A stretch of 64,000 nt of DNA from an uncultured Armatimonadetes bacterium (GTDB taxonomy: Bacteria > Armatimonadota > UBA5829 > DTJY01). The position numbers were made by a program, and so were the translations under genes. The DNA lies in the NCBI GenBank assembly GCA_963717145.1, contig OY970325.1, forward strand, positions 1,984,001-2,048,000, in the 5' to 3' direction. This document shows, piece after piece, positions 63,118-64,000 of this stretch (position 1 is its first letter; each line of letters starts with the position of its first letter). The notes beneath the pieces are model-generated. The model had not been told where the DNA came from, did no database searches, and saw only the letters and a program-made list of their open reading frames with translations.

Positions 63118-63708
63118 CTAGCTGGACTGCCGACGCATCCGACGCAGTCCGAGCAGGGACGCGCCGCAGAGAGAAGCCAGACCAGACAGGCTGCCGGGCT
63201 CGGGTACAACAACAAGGTGGAAGTAGTACCCGTTCGGATTGACGTTCTCGATTGCCACGTGTCCGGTACGCGACCCTGTGGTGGCGGTGGACCACACGAT
63301 CTGACTAGGCCTCGGAGCCTCAAGTCGCATGTCAAGCGCTTCCAGAACCAACATCAGATTGGGAGACGTCCAGTAGGTGTGGTAGTCGAAGGAGATCGAT
63401 CCAAGAGTGTTCTCGTCCCAGAGCGTCATCGTACCCCAATCGGCGCTCTCACCCAACGGAGCTTCCCCGGTCTGGAGAACGTCGAATGTCGCCTGGCCGG
63501 ACGGGATTGAGAACTCCGGGACACCGATGTGCGCGGAACTTGTGCCCAATCCCGGGAATGGGTCCATTGAGTAAGTACCCCCATATGTTCGGACATTCGT
63601 GAGTTGCGCGTACCAGTTGGATTGCAGGTTCACGGCTTGCGCGGGCGCCGCGATCAGGATGGCGCAGCAAGTAATGACAGCGAGGACAGCCAAAGGTCTG
63701 CTCAACAT
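63118..63708 (-). CDS. PEP-CTERM sorting domain protein
   Basis: Signal peptide; VPEPGSL, TM helix, RRMRR tail. Confidence 0.85.
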   Translation of the reverse strand: MLSRPLAVLAVITCCAILIAAPAQAVNLQSNWYAQLTNVRTYGGTYSMDPFPGLGTSSAHIGVPEFSIPSGQATFDVLQTGEAPLGESADWGTMTLWDENTLGSISFDYHTYWTSPNLMLVLEALDMRLEAPRPSQIVWSTATTGSRTGHVAIENVNPNGYYFHLVVVPEPGSLSGLASLCGASLLGLRRMRRQSS

Positions 63709-64000
63709 CTCTTTTCCCTCCCAATATCTCCTGATCCGCAGGCGTTCGCGGAATCAGGAGGTGACCGCTCTTGTTAGCTGGGCGGTTCTAGCTTCCATGT
63801 TAGCACATGCTGAGCATTTGTCAAGTTTTTCTTGGTAAACTCGTACATCGCTCTTGCCCACACTCCTCCACGAAGGGAACCAGCCGTCTGAGAGATCAGT
63901 CCAATAGGCAGTGGATTACCCTGGAGGACTAGCTTTGGTCCCGATGATGGCTGAACGGTACGAGATGATCGGTCTGAGCATCCTGGTCGTCCTGGCGCTT

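Noticed and set aside
63935-64000. Possible gene start at the right edge (GGAGG then a hydrophobic stretch)
   Set aside because: Too short to call.

Overview
High-GC bacterial chromosome window. Two proteins carry a tandem OB-like C-terminal module and one is a PEP-CTERM protein, which suggests Armatimonadota (inference). Three zones. (1) 1-23 kb, secreted/surface proteins: a partial M6 metalloprotease; a divergent operon behind a c-di-GMP-II-like riboswitch encoding a membrane CBM-like protein, a 2145-aa dockerin-RHS-CBM protein, a processive-type GT2 and a cohesin protein; and a cluster of three FGE-sulfatase/CLec-fold paralogues with DGR-like variable C-termini. (2) about 24-40.8 kb, an element abutting tRNA-fMet: large serine recombinase, an RHH repressor missed by the ORF track, primase-polymerase/DUF3987, and a defence operon (Type I R-M with an embedded OLD-like nuclease plus further putative nucleases). 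(3) 40.8-64 kb, mostly housekeeping genes (ECF sigma/anti-sigma/HtrA, pepA, holA, MoxR-DUF58-transglutaminase, ald, ROK kinase, xylB) with several REP-like and heptamer inverted repeats; moxR is frameshifted and xylB has an in-frame TAG. The best candidate for an undescribed system is the riboswitch-led dockerin-RHS/GT2/cohesin operon. All family calls come from motifs read by eye, not database searches.
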